This document shows positions 9,471 to 19,752 of a stretch of 64,000 bases of DNA, in pieces; within the stretch, counting starts at the first letter, position 1, and each line of letters begins with the position of its first letter. The DNA is from Candidatus Bathyarchaeota archaeon. Lineage in GTDB: Archaea > Thermoproteota > Bathyarchaeia > Bathyarchaeales > Bathycorpusculaceae. A model generated the notes under the pieces. The model saw only the letters and a program-made list of their open reading frames with translations. It was not told the origin of the DNA and ran no database searches. The translations under genes and the position numbers were made by a program. The DNA lies in assembly GCA_963767735.1 (NCBI GenBank), contig CAVYES010000004.1, positions 288,001-352,000 on the forward strand, given 5' to 3'.

Positions 9471-10574
9471 TCACCTAAGCTTTGCTAACTCACTTATTAT
9501 TTTTTCTTTAACGCCGTTTTCTTTCAAGGAATCTTTAAGATAGTTTACAGTTTTTACGGGCGTCGGGTCTACTCCGTGCAGAAATGCCAAATAGACGCTT
9601 GTGAAGTCGCCGATGCAAATTGTTGTCAGCATCTTTGCCAATGGACTTTTACCCTGAGCAGATACTTCAAACGTTGCCACGCCAGCTTTGCCCACCAACT
9701 CTTTTGTTATCGCAATTCTACTGCGAATCGCCGTGGGCTCCTCTTTGTCTCTGATGAAGATTGCCGAGAAGCATTTGCCGAGGTCACCAGCCCGCTCCCA
9801 ACCCACCACCTCGTTATGGTTAAGCTCCGAGAAAACCTCCCATTTAGCAGGAACCTTGGTGTTCTCATTAAACTGCTGCTTAAAACGCTCCGCTACACCG
9901 CGGTAAAAACCAAAACCGTAAATCACGGGCGAAGTCTTCCCAATGTTTAGGGCTAAGGTTTTGGCAAAGTTTTCTTTCGCTGGCTTCTCAGGTGAGTTAT
10001 CCTTGCTAACTTTTTCAAGAAGGGGCAGAGCTTCAGAGAGTTCTTCAGAGGCGTCTGAAACCAACCCCCTTTTCTCAATGCCCAAAAGCAGGGGAACAAA
10101 CAAATAGGGAAGTGCCGCTCGAGGAGGCATACCGCTTGGAATTTGTAAATAGGGCACCTTGAGTCTTTCAGAGTTCTCCAGCAGGGCGCCGCCGCTGCTT
10201 ACGCAGAAAATCATGCATTTGCGCTTCAAAGCGTCAAGAAAAGCGCCTAGAGATTCTTCTGTGTCGCCTGAATAGCTTGTTATGAACACTAAGCTTTTTT
10301 TGCCTGCATATTTTGGCAGGTCGTATTCGCGGTTAACTTCAATGGGCACAGCTGTTTTGTTTCTTGCCCAGTCCTTGAGGAGGTCTCCGCCGATTGCTGA
10401 GCCACCCATTCCCGATACAATAATGTTGTCTGGTTTAGGAAAGGCTACTTTGATTTTTTCAGCTAATTTTGCCGCTTCAAGGTAACGCTTAGCGGAATCA
10501 ACACTAAAATTAATCATGTTGCTCTTATCAATTGCTTTAAAGTTCTCAAATCCGTCTAAAATGGGTCCATTCAT
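9471..10574 (-). CDS. Bifunctional phosphoglucose/phosphomannose isomerase
   Basis: SIS motifs GMGGSAIGG, SYSGDTEE, PRAA, QFNENTK, ELNHNE. Confidence 0.93.
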   Translation of the reverse strand: MNGPILDGFENFKAIDKSNMINFSVDSAKRYLEAAKLAEKIKVAFPKPDNIIVSGMGGSAIGGDLLKDWARNKTAVPIEVNREYDLPKYAGKKSLVFITSYSGDTEESLGAFLDALKRKCMIFCVSSGGALLENSERLKVPYLQIPSGMPPRAALPYLFVPLLLGIEKRGLVSDASEELSEALPLLEKVSKDNSPEKPAKENFAKTLALNIGKTSPVIYGFGFYRGVAERFKQQFNENTKVPAKWEVFSELNHNEVVGWERAGDLGKCFSAIFIRDKEEPTAIRSRIAITKELVGKAGVATFEVSAQGKSPLAKMLTTICIGDFTSVYLAFLHGVDPTPVKTVNYLKDSLKENGVKEKIISELAKLR

Positions 10575-10673
10575 TTATAATCCTCCGATAACCCGCAATT
10601 TTATATCTCGTCTCCCACTTTTAAGCTCAGCGACAAACGCAACGTTTAACCAAGCGACTGGAAGCATAAAGTC

Positions 10674-11520
10674 ATGGATAAAAAGAAACTTGCAATCGCC
10701 ATTCCGGCATCAGTAATCTCCGACACGCCGCATTTGCGAGAAAAAACAGCGAAGATCGGCTTGATCGGACGAACGGCCGCTATTTTCAGAGTCGACGAAA
10801 TCATAGTTTACCAAGACAACCCCAAAGCCAGGCAGGAAAGCGACTGGATTTTATTGCATTACTGCTTAATTACTGGAAACGCCTCAGTATCTTCGCAAAA
10901 GCCTCTTCAAACTTGAACCCAGCCTGCAATTTGCTGGGATTTTGCCTCCGTTGCGTACGCCTCATCACCCGTTGAGCGGTAAAACTCGGGATTTAAAAGT
11001 TGGCGAGTACCGAGAAGGAATAGTTTTGTCGAAGGCTAAGGAAGGTTTGCTTGTGGACATAGGTGTAGAGCAACCTGCGGTTTTGAGGGAAACGCAGTAT
11101 GCCATAGGCGACCGCTTAACCCTGCAAATTGTTAACGTTGGCGGACGAGTTGAGGTTCAAACAGCAAATCGCGACGATATTCCGGTATATTGGGGCTACA
11201 GAGTTCGAGTGGAAAAGCGGCCGTTTGCACAGTTTGTAACCGATGACGAGTTCGATTTGACCATTGCAACGGCAAAACTTGGCGATAAATTCATTGATGT
11301 TGCAGGTAAAATTCAGAAAAAATGGAGTAACGCCCAGCATATTTTAGTTGCGTTTGGTGCGCCACAGCGTGGTTTGCATGAGATTGCCAAAGAGGAAGGC
11401 GCAAAGCTTGAGGCAATGGTGGATTTTACAGTAAATATGGTTCCTGATCAGGGAACGGCGACGGTTCGAACTGAAGAGGCGCTTTTGGCTACGCTGGCAA
11501 TTTTCAACGTTTATTTTTAG
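10674..11520 (+). CDS. SPOUT RNA methyltransferase (DUF171/MTH1-like), two apparent 1-nt deletions near 10843 and 10873
   Basis: LAIAIPAS..AIFRVDEI..ETPQYLRK..LPPLRTPHH..NMVPDQGTATVRTEEA spread over three frames. Confidence 0.85.
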
Positions 11521-11651
11521 TTATGCGGTTCTAATTTGTCGCTGAAAAAGGCTAGCTAAATGTAGACCATCTTTCTCGACACTAACGCAAAAAGCAGGCT
11601 ATGCACTGCGAGTTACTGTATCGCTGTATAAGTTGAGGCTTTCTTCCATTT

Positions 11652-12854
11652 TTGGCTAAATGCATAAATGAGTCGCTGATTATTTTGCTCTCTATGCCCA
11701 CTCTTGACATTGCAATGCCACTCGCATTGTTCGCTGTAGTTATCGTTGCCTTGCTTTTGAACAAGCGCACTGAAGGAAAATTGATGTCAACGGTTGAGGA
11801 AAAAGAGTTCAAAATGAGAGACGTAGTTATCCTTGTTGTCTTCATGGCAATAATTATTACGGGATTAGCCTTCGCTGCAATGTATAATCCCGGCGGACTT
11901 TTTGAAGACGTGATACTTCTATTCTTTTTGTCATCATACACTACGCTGCTTTTCACTATTTCATATGTATTCAGCGGAATCACAAAAATCAGGGCTCAGC
12001 TCATCTCCATCGGTTTTGGCGCTGCATCAATAGTTGCAGGAGTCGTCTGCGCATTAGCTCCATTTCATGATGCCTTCACAATCTTTAGAGTTGTAGCATT
12101 CATAGGGTTGGCCGCCTTCTGCTTTGGCGTAGCTGTTTACGAGCAGATAAAGACATCGCTTAAACAACGTTGGTACGTGGCTGTGCAACCACCTGCAATA
12201 TTTGTTCTGCTATTTGTCTTCTTTAACTTCATAAATAACTCAGGGACTGCAGCAGTGTGGTCTCCTTACCTCATGGATGTTTTCGGCTTGACTTTTGCTG
12301 TTTTGATTATTTTGTATCTTAGCTCGCTGTTTAACTGGAAGACAGTGGGGCTCTTTGCTGTTCTTTTGACGTCAATGGACATTATTTTGGTTATAGGTTC
12401 AACGGCAATGCTAACTGCTGCAAATTCGTTCACCGGCTTGGGGCTTCCTGTACTGGTTATCTTGCCGAACACTCCTATCGTTACAGCAATCAATCCTGCT
12501 ACAAATATCAGTGGCATTGTGTATAGAGGGCTTGGTTTAGGCGACTTCTTCTTTGCAGGAGTATTGGCAGTGCAAACATACAAAAAGTTCGGAATGAAAA
12601 CAGCTATTATTGCTACAGTTGCGATGGCTGTATCTTTCGGCATCTGGGAAGCATTTCTGCAGGATATCATCAATGCCCTTACACCCATTCTTGGAAGAAA
12701 CATAGGAGGATGGCCCGCAACCACATGTATGCTAACGGGTTGGGCGCCAGTTGTAGCCTGGAAATTACTTAGTGACAGAAGAAAAGCAGCCAAAATGCCT
12801 GTTGTCCAGCAACCGTCTGAAGTACCCAAAGAGCAAAACTTACCAATTCAATAA
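11652..12854 (+). CDS. Presenilin/signal peptide peptidase-like intramembrane aspartyl protease
   Basis: Polytopic; SMDIILV, GLGLGDF (GxGD) and a PAL-like WPAT motif. Confidence 0.8.
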   Translation: MAKCINESLIILLSMPTLDIAMPLALFAVVIVALLLNKRTEGKLMSTVEEKEFKMRDVVILVVFMAIIITGLAFAAMYNPGGLFEDVILLFFLSSYTTLLFTISYVFSGITKIRAQLISIGFGAASIVAGVVCALAPFHDAFTIFRVVAFIGLAAFCFGVAVYEQIKTSLKQRWYVAVQPPAIFVLLFVFFNFINNSGTAAVWSPYLMDVFGLTFAVLIILYLSSLFNWKTVGLFAVLLTSMDIILVIGSTAMLTAANSFTGLGLPVLVILPNTPIVTAINPATNISGIVYRGLGLGDFFFAGVLAVQTYKKFGMKTAIIATVAMAVSFGIWEAFLQDIINALTPILGRNIGGWPATTCMLTGWAPVVAWKLLSDRRKAAKMPVVQQPSEVPKEQNLPIQ

Positions 12855-12939
12855 ACGGGTTCTTAGCGTTTAACTTCTAGATAATGTGAATAAATATTTT
12901 TTGGGAAAAAATTGGTTAAAAATAAGAGAGAGGCTTATT

Positions 12940-13263
12940 TTACCCGAATAGGGCGCCTAATCCTTCTAGTGCTGCTTCTTCTTTGGCTTTTTCTTCTTCA
13001 GCTTTCTTCTTCTTGTCTTCTGGAGCTGCGGCTGCTGGCTTTGCTTCTGCGCCTGCTGGAGCTGCAACTGGCGCGGCGGCCATCATTGTTGGTGCGGCTT
13101 TGATTGCTTCATCAATGTTTACTTCGCTGAGTGAAGCAACAAGTGCTTTTACTTGTATCGGGTCAACTGTGATTCCTGCTGCTGTGAGAACCTTTGTTAC
13201 TGAATCTTCGTCTATTTCTTTTCCTGCCTTATGAAGGAGCATCGCTGCGTAAATATTTTCCAT
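12940..13263 (-). CDS. rpl12: 50S ribosomal protein L12 (P1)
   Basis: MENIYAAMLLH...Ala-rich hinge...EEAALEGLGALFG; GAGGTGA SD upstream. Confidence 0.97.
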   Translation of the reverse strand: MENIYAAMLLHKAGKEIDEDSVTKVLTAAGITVDPIQVKALVASLSEVNIDEAIKAAPTMMAAAPVAAPAGAEAKPAAAAPEDKKKKAEEEKAKEEAALEGLGALFG

Positions 13264-13538
13264 ACCTTTTCACCTCTTCATCGAACTATTTTAACTTTTC
13301 AGTCGGTCAGACCAGCCTCTTTTTTGTGAAGCTAAGTCGTTACCTTGAATTGGCAGTTGGTTCCGCCATTTCTTGCCGTTTACAAGAATGCCTAAGTGTT
13401 TAAGAACCTTTCGCACATGGGCTTAACGTAGGTAGCTTCAACTTTTGGTTTCAAGTTATGTTTCCAAAAACCGTGGGGTTTCATAACGCTTATCTTTAAG
13501 GCACGGCACAATACGGTGATTTACAGGTTAATGATACT

Positions 13539-14510
13539 ATGGGAAACATAACTGTCGCCCTCCTCGGCGCTTTAGATTACGGCAACAGCCTTGGCAAAAA
13601 AGGCACCTCCACAGACATAACATTCTACAACATAAAAAAAGGCGAAGCCACAGTAACCCTCATTGAACCAACACGGTACCCCGAAAGGCTAGCGCCGCTG
13701 TTCTACGCTGTCTCTTTGTCGAAAAAGGCAATAGTTGTCGTTGATGAAATAAACGCGTCTTTCGGCGAATGCCTAGTAATGCTCCAATGCGCAAACATCC
13801 AAAGCGGCTACATAATCCTAAGAAACTACATTCCTAAAGAAAAAATCGCGCCGCTTCTAAAAGGCACAAGTCTCGAAAAATTTGAATTTATCGCGGATGA
13901 CCCTACATATCTAAGAGAACAGCTCTTAGCTGAAGCGGAGAAACAAAAATCTCCCGAAGCCTCTGCGGGACAGCCCTCGACTGGAACAGTGCCGGTAGAT
14001 CACGCTTTTAACGTTAAAGGCGTAGGCGTTGTCATCTTGGGAGTAGTTACAAACGGCGTAGTCCAGAAGCATGCCACGCTAAATGTTTTGCCGGGAGGAA
14101 AATCGGCGCAGGTTCGCTCCATCCAAAAGCACGATGACGAATTCGACGTGGCAGGTGAAGGCGACCGCGTTGGGTTGGCGTTAAAAAACGTTGAAGTTGA
14201 AGAGTTAGACCGTGGGTCGGTTTTAACAAATGACCCCTCAATCAAGACTGCATCTAAGTTGGAAACGCCGGCTTCTCTGGTGAAGTATTGGCAGACGCCG
14301 ATAAAGCAGGGCATGGTCATGCATATTGGCCACTGGACACAGTTCATCACCGCCAAAGTGGATGCTGTCGCAGAAACAAGTGACCCGAAAAAGCCAACCT
14401 TAACCTTAACGCTGGATAAACCGCTTGTCTACCGCCCAAACGATAAAGGGGTGTTGATGTATTTGGAGGGCGCAAAGCTTCGAGTCGCAGGAACCGTGGA
14501 GCTGCCTTAA
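13539..14510 (+). CDS. Archaeal SelB-like / EF-Tu domain II-containing protein
   Basis: LGKKGTSTDIT, VDHAFNVKGVGVV, VRSIQ, GDRVGLALK; degenerate G domain. Confidence 0.85.
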   Translation: MGNITVALLGALDYGNSLGKKGTSTDITFYNIKKGEATVTLIEPTRYPERLAPLFYAVSLSKKAIVVVDEINASFGECLVMLQCANIQSGYIILRNYIPKEKIAPLLKGTSLEKFEFIADDPTYLREQLLAEAEKQKSPEASAGQPSTGTVPVDHAFNVKGVGVVILGVVTNGVVQKHATLNVLPGGKSAQVRSIQKHDDEFDVAGEGDRVGLALKNVEVEELDRGSVLTNDPSIKTASKLETPASLVKYWQTPIKQGMVMHIGHWTQFITAKVDAVAETSDPKKPTLTLTLDKPLVYRPNDKGVLMYLEGAKLRVAGTVELP

Positions 14511-14610
14511 TTTAGCTATCTTTTTTGCAATTATCACGCCAAATCTGAACAGCTTGTTTTGGGTTGCTTTTTTGAATCAAAGCTTAAATCTTTAACAGAT
14601 AGTGTGTTTA

Positions 14611-14670
14611 TTTGTGGCAATTTGAGCCTATTTGTGCCAAATTGTGCCATTTTGTGTCGAATTGTGTCTG
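14611..14670. repeat. Six 10-bp tandem repeats (consensus WTTGTGCCAA)
   Basis: tttgtggcaa tttgagccta tttgtgccaa attgtgccat tttgtgtcga attgtgtctg. Confidence 0.8.
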
Positions 14671-14698
14671 GATCGTAAGTGAAGGATATGGAGTTAGG

Positions 14699-14977
14699 AT
14701 GCCGTTAAGTAGAAAAGTTAATTTTAAAACCACTTTAAAAAGAAGGAATCTCTTGCAGGTTCCAAATGTAATTATATGGGAATTCAAAATGGAGAAAGGC
14801 GAAGCCCTAAAAGTAACCGTAAACGTAGTTGGTTTATTCTCAAACACGGAAAGCTATTGGACTAAAATGAGGAAAGACGGACGCATAACAGTGCCTAAGC
14901 TGATTATAGCTTTGTTGAAGCATGAAGAGCCAAGTCTCGAAGGATACGCTATGGAAGTTACCCTTGAACCAGCATAA
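14699..14977 (+). CDS. AbrB/MazE-like DNA-binding protein (two swapped-hairpin units)
   Basis: LKRRNLLQVP..IWEFKMEKGEALKVTV and MRKDGRITVPK; ATG 14699 after GGAG. Confidence 0.7.
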   Translation: MPLSRKVNFKTTLKRRNLLQVPNVIIWEFKMEKGEALKVTVNVVGLFSNTESYWTKMRKDGRITVPKLIIALLKHEEPSLEGYAMEVTLEPA

Positions 14978-15348
14978 CACGTACCAATCAATCGCTGGGT
15001 AAAGAGCCCCAAAAACGGAAAAAGTTTCGCCTAACTTGAGCGTTGTCTTCGGATTAACTGTTATTGGCGTTATCTCTATTGTTAAAGGCAGCGAAGAACT
15101 GATAGATGGCAACCTTACTGATGCAGTAATATGCATTGTTGACGGCATCAATTCTGTCAAGCAGAATGCTCCGCAAGTAGCATAAGAAGCAAAAACTGCA
15201 ACAAGAACTCAGAATTTTCTTTTTCTTTCTTTTTTTGTTTAATAGTTTTAGATATCTATTTTTCGGCATTTAATTTATGGTTTAGGGGAAACTGTTTACC
15301 GGGTGTGTTTAACGAGCCTCGCGCTTATGTTAGGTTTTAACTTAAATA

Positions 15349-15618
15349 TCAAAGAAGCTTTGAGAAGTCATCGTACACTTTTTTTCTGTGACCGACAAAA
15401 AGCACTGTTACTTGGTTTTGCTCCACATTTATTTCGTAGATAGCTCGGTAGTCGCCTGATCTTAGGCTCCAATAATCAGAAGGATGTAAGGGTTTTCCCG
15501 CTTTAAACGGATCCGCCTCAAGCTCCCCAAGCGCCTTTTTCAATCTCGCCTTCTCTACTTCTTCGAGTTTTCTTAGAGCTTTCGCCGCATTTGGATGCAA
15601 CAAAACCTTGAAAAACAA
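15349..15618 (-). CDS. RelE/ParE family toxin
   Basis: FKVLLHPNAAKAL..DPF..GKPL..WSLRSGDYRAIYEI..VGHRKKVY. Confidence 0.92.
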   Translation of the reverse strand: MFFKVLLHPNAAKALRKLEEVEKARLKKALGELEADPFKAGKPLHPSDYWSLRSGDYRAIYEINVEQNQVTVLFVGHRKKVYDDFSKLL

Positions 15619-15623
15619 AAACC

Positions 15624-15842
15624 TTAAGCTTCCCCTAAAGGAATCAGCTTTTCAGGATGCGCCTTAGCTTCTTCGCTGCGCTTGTGTAATAACTCATAAA
15701 ACTGACGGGTTTTCTCGCGCTCCTCATAGAGGCTTATGATAGTTTTTATGGCGTCACTGCGGCTTTTGAACCGACCCTCAGCAACCCAGCAATCAATTTC
15801 TGCAATCATCTTCTCAGATAATCTTAGCTGAACTTGAGCCAT
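15624..15842 (-). CDS. Ribbon-helix-helix antitoxin
   Basis: VQLRLSEKMIAEID.WV.EGRFKSRSDAIK; directly upstream of the toxin. Confidence 0.88.
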   Translation of the reverse strand: MAQVQLRLSEKMIAEIDCWVAEGRFKSRSDAIKTIISLYEEREKTRQFYELLHKRSEEAKAHPEKLIPLGEA

Positions 15843-15851
15843 CCAAACCAC

Positions 15852-15871
15852 TGTAAACAATACTGTTTACA
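15852..15871. promoter_or_regulatory. Palindromic operator of TA operon
   Basis: TGTAAACA-ATAC-TGTTTACA between TATA-like TTTAAG (minus) and the antitoxin start. Confidence 0.7.
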
Positions 15872-16140
15872 ATAACACTTAAATATTTTCCCCGTGAAAT
15901 CAGAAAAACCATTACGCCCACTTGAGGAAAAATCGTTGCCCAAGAAACAATCCAACAGCCTCTTGATAAATCTTAGAAAGCTACGATGAAAAAACTGGAT
16001 TATCTGACAGATGGAAATCCTAAATGGAATAAAGATGACGAAAAAACAATCAAACAGCGCGCTTTGCATAGACGTAGGAAAATGTGTCTGCAGAAATAAG
16101 ATTAGGGAAGCTTAGGGTTTACTGTTCTTGTGAAGCTTTG

Positions 16141-16911
16141 TCATGAAATTGTGCTGTTGCCGGGTGGTGCATAAACGTATGCATTAATGTTTTGACCTGA
16201 AATTGTGCTATTACCTGCGGGTGCATAAACGTATAAACTGCCTGCGTAGTAGGTGCCGCCAAATTCAATGTCGCCGATTCCCTGATTGAAGCTTACGGTT
16301 ACGTTGTAAGTATGCTCGTTTTGAAGAGTTATGGAGTAATCGCTTGCACTATTGTCTATGGAGATAAACGGAAAAGTTACAGTGTAAATTGCCTTTGTTT
16401 GTGCATCTTGGAACTGAACTGAATCGAGATACCCATCAGGATATACTAGGTACACCTCTAATCTTCCTGATACCTCAACGTTAGCACTTAGCACCGACAC
16501 AATGCAAGATGCATTTTCTACTGCTTCACCCCTTGATGCGGTAACAGTCAAAGAGTAATTACCCGTTGGAGTCGAATCTGGTACATGCACTGTTAGAACA
16601 CTCATAAAGTTAGATGCGCCCGTTGCAGGTTCAAAACTGCATCCTAAACCACTATCACCCGTGTCACCGCTTAAGGTAACATTCTCAAGATTTCCTTTTG
16701 AAGTCACATCAACTTCTGCTTGCAAATTGTTTCCTTGTATTACATTTGTTTGATTAAAAGAAACACGAAGATCAAGTGATGTAGACGTTTGCTTTTCTAC
16801 TGATGGTTGATAATAGAATATAATCACCGCTACAGACGAAATAACCAGCACGGCTATTACTATGACAGCAATGGTCATATTCTCTTGTTTCTTGGTTGAG
16901 GTTTGAGCCAA
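16141..16911 (-). CDS. Membrane-anchored Ig-like surface protein
   Basis: N-terminal TM; VPDSTPTGNYSLTVTA; duplicated C-terminal YVYAPxGNSTIS. Confidence 0.8.
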   Translation of the reverse strand: MAQTSTKKQENMTIAVIVIAVLVISSVAVIIFYYQPSVEKQTSTSLDLRVSFNQTNVIQGNNLQAEVDVTSKGNLENVTLSGDTGDSGLGCSFEPATGASNFMSVLTVHVPDSTPTGNYSLTVTASRGEAVENASCIVSVLSANVEVSGRLEVYLVYPDGYLDSVQFQDAQTKAIYTVTFPFISIDNSASDYSITLQNEHTYNVTVSFNQGIGDIEFGGTYYAGSLYVYAPAGNSTISGQNINAYVYAPPGNSTIS

Positions 16912-16951
16912 ATAGCATCAATTCTCTTAACTGTTTAATTTTATTTGGCGA

Positions 16952-17608
16952 TTATGGCGTATTTGTCCACACGGGCGTTATAGTCCAATTAGAAACAACT
17001 CCCTCGTGAAAAATAGCTATTTCAAAGTTAGCTGTCTGCCCTACATCTAAACTTCCAAGTTGCAACGAACCAATGGTGCCAAGGTGCAACGCAGCAAATT
17101 CACCTTCCGAAATGGTCGAGCGAGGATTGCCTAAAATTAAAGCGTCAGTTGCACTATCTGTTCCAAAAATTCCGTTAGCCAAAGGAACAGTCATGTTTAT
17201 TTCCAATGTACCATCGGTGGCATAAGCAACAACATGAAATCCTGCGCTGAATGCTGTGACGTGTCCTGAATTGGTTACTGAACCATTAATGCATAGATTA
17301 TCATATGGAATATTAACGGCTAAAGTGGGGAACATTTGTACTAGAGGTGCATTATTCGGCTCTTCAGTTACGGAAAATGAGGTAATAAGGTTCGCAGATG
17401 TTAAATTTGTTATTTGGCTAGTAAGGTTTGAAATTTGGCTGTTTAAGCTTGCTATTTCAGCGGTTAGATTGGTTATGTCATTGTTTAGCGAAGATATTTT
17501 AGAATTTTCACTGCTTACTACACTGTTGTAATAAAATATCGTTCCAGCAATTGCACTTACAAAGAGTATAGCTATCAAAACTGATACGGCTATTATCTTT
17601 TTGTTCAT
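16952..17608 (-). CDS. MNKKII-family membrane-anchored coiled-coil + beta-sandwich protein (copy 1)
   Basis: Signal anchor, heptad repeat, GSVTN..AG.HVVAY..INMTVPL..NWT.TPVWTNTP. Confidence 0.85.
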   Translation of the reverse strand: MNKKIIAVSVLIAILFVSAIAGTIFYYNSVVSSENSKISSLNNDITNLTAEIASLNSQISNLTSQITNLTSANLITSFSVTEEPNNAPLVQMFPTLAVNIPYDNLCINGSVTNSGHVTAFSAGFHVVAYATDGTLEINMTVPLANGIFGTDSATDALILGNPRSTISEGEFAALHLGTIGSLQLGSLDVGQTANFEIAIFHEGVVSNWTITPVWTNTP

Positions 17609-19047
17609 TCAATCACTACATTTCTATTTACGCTATTTACGCTATTTCTCTTTCTTGCAAATACAATTGACAGCAGTATTGCTGATGTAAAAAGTGGCAG
17701 AATTATCCATGTTGGAAATTCTGGAACAGAGGGGGAAGGTGTGCCACTGAACCCTGAAACAGAAGGGGAAGGTACAGTGTTTTGGCTGGTGCCGATGGCG
17801 TAGACTTTTCCGTCGTTTGAGCCCACGTAAACCACACCGTATGCCACGGCGGGAGAAGAATACACTGGTCCGCCTGTTCTGTATGTCCAAATCGTTGCAC
17901 CCGTAGTGACGTTCAAAGCGTAGATGCTATGCCCTTCCGTTGCTCCTAGCGGAGAGGAAGAATTGTCGGAGCCGACGAAGACTACGCCGCTAGCAACTGC
18001 TGGAGAAGAATACTGAATTGAACCCACCGAATTGTTCCAGAGCAACGATCCCGATTCTGCGTTTAAGGCGGTGACTCCTGGAGGTTGGAGAGTGCCTTTT
18101 GTTCCGCCCCAGCTTGTAGACGCATAAATCGCGCCGTTGGCAACGGCAATCGTCGAAGAGGAAACTGCTCCTTTAATATTGCCACTCCAAACGAACAAGC
18201 CGGTGGAAGCGTTCCAAGCCTCAACTGTCTGATTAGTAGTGCCTATGTAAACTAAGCCGTCACTGATTGAAAGAGAAGAATACCCAAAATAAATTACGCT
18301 TCCACCATAGGAAGTGGGTCCGTTGCTTACGACAAAGTAGCTCCAAGATGGTTCTCCCGTGGCTGCATCCAAAGCTACGACTTCTTGACTGGTTCCAATG
18401 TAAACCATGCCGCCGAAAATGGTAGGGGAAGACGGCATATAGGCATTACCAGGAGCATATTTCCAAACAAGGTTACCCGTTGACGCATTCAAAGCGTCAA
18501 GTTCGCCGCCCACGCCATTATTGTCTATATCAACGTAGACTAAGCCGTTTGCAACGGCTGTAGAGGAGATTTCGTCGGGATAAACAGAATCGGTTGGGCT
18601 ACTCCAGATCAATGCACCAGTGTAAGCGTTTAAAGCAAAGATTGCATGACTGTGAAATCCACCAACATAAACTACGCCGTCAACTACAGCTGGCGAAGAC
18701 TGCACAGGTCCACCCGTAGAATAATTCCATATTAAAGCCCCATTCGCAGCGTTCAATGCGTACACGCAGCCGTCGTCTGAGCCAACATAAACTATGCCGT
18801 TTACGACTGCAGGAGAAGACTCAACTGCGCCTCCCGTGGTAAATGTCCAGAGGGTCTGGTTAGTCATGGGTACGGTGGAAGTTGAGTAGCCAGTGTGTGC
18901 TAAGTCATGGTTAAACATTGGCCAGTCTCCAGTTGTACCGCCTTGAGCCTCGCCGAAATGCATACTACCCACAAGAGCCGCCCAGCTAAGTATTATAGCT
19001 ATTAAGAATATACTCAAGAAGGTCTTCGATAACGCCATAGTAGTCAA
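17605..19047 (-). CDS. PQQ-binding-like (BamB) beta-propeller surface protein with PEF sorting tail
   Basis: DWPMF; SSPAV..VYVGS..VYALNA repeats; VPEF-TM-RKR. Confidence 0.93.
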   Translation of the reverse strand: MTTMALSKTFLSIFLIAIILSWAALVGSMHFGEAQGGTTGDWPMFNHDLAHTGYSTSTVPMTNQTLWTFTTGGAVESSPAVVNGIVYVGSDDGCVYALNAANGALIWNYSTGGPVQSSPAVVDGVVYVGGFHSHAIFALNAYTGALIWSSPTDSVYPDEISSTAVANGLVYVDIDNNGVGGELDALNASTGNLVWKYAPGNAYMPSSPTIFGGMVYIGTSQEVVALDAATGEPSWSYFVVSNGPTSYGGSVIYFGYSSLSISDGLVYIGTTNQTVEAWNASTGLFVWSGNIKGAVSSSTIAVANGAIYASTSWGGTKGTLQPPGVTALNAESGSLLWNNSVGSIQYSSPAVASGVVFVGSDNSSSPLGATEGHSIYALNVTTGATIWTYRTGGPVYSSPAVAYGVVYVGSNDGKVYAIGTSQNTVPSPSVSGFSGTPSPSVPEFPTWIILPLFTSAILLSIVFARKRNSVNSVNRNVVIE

Positions 19048-19208
19048 TTAATAATGCCGCGCATGCTCTTAAGAGCGTTTTTGTAAAAATTTATTGTCAA
19101 AAGATTTCTTGACTAATGTTTAGCTTATTCCGCACTGTGCAGATTTGAGACTTACCCTCAAGGAAACTTTAAGAAAAAGAATGAATAATGTTCTTGGCTC
19201 TATGTTGA

Positions 19209-19748
19209 TTACGGAGTGTTTGTCCACACTGGTGTTACAGTCCAATTGGTTACAGTGCCTTCGTGATAAATAGCTATAGCGATTGATACATTCTGCTCGC
19301 TGTATAAATTTCCAAGTTGTAACAAGCTTGTTTGATAAATACTTGAAACATAAGCGTTAGTTGCAGCATCGGTTCCAAAGGTAGCATCATAATCCATAGG
19401 AACAGTCATGTTTATCTCTACTTTGCCAATGGCATCATAAGCTACAACATGTAATCCTGCGTTATATGCTGTGCTTTGTCCAGTATTAGCAACTGATCCA
19501 GTAATGTAAAGATTATTAAATTTTGTAGGATTGCCCTTATTTCCAGAATTATTAGGTATAACTTCCGCAATTCCTAAGGCGGTTGTAAGATTTGCAGTTG
19601 TCAGCTTTTTCAATTGAGCTTTAAGGTTTGAAATTTGGCTGTTTAAATTGGATACTTTGTTATTATAGTAAAATATCGTTCCAGCAATCGCACTCACAAA
19701 GAGTATAGCCACTATCAAGAATGAAACAGCTATTATTTTTTTGTTCAT
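19209..19748 (-). CDS. MNKKII-family protein (copy 2)
   Basis: Paralog of 16952-17608. Confidence 0.85.
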   Translation of the reverse strand: MNKKIIAVSFLIVAILFVSAIAGTIFYYNNKVSNLNSQISNLKAQLKKLTTANLTTALGIAEVIPNNSGNKGNPTKFNNLYITGSVANTGQSTAYNAGLHVVAYDAIGKVEINMTVPMDYDATFGTDAATNAYVSSIYQTSLLQLGNLYSEQNVSIAIAIYHEGTVTNWTVTPVWTNTP

Positions 19749-19752
19749 TCAA

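Noticed and set aside
13539-14510. Evidence for a selenocysteine system
   Set aside because: Short SelB-like protein with a degenerate G domain; no tRNA-Sec, SECIS or in-frame UGA gene seen.
14611-14670. Possible CRISPR array
   Set aside because: 10-bp units without spacers, and no cas genes in the window.
14980-16130. ORF fragments flanking the TA pair (14840-15269, 15824-16069)
   Set aside because: They look like decayed sequence, and no family could be assigned.
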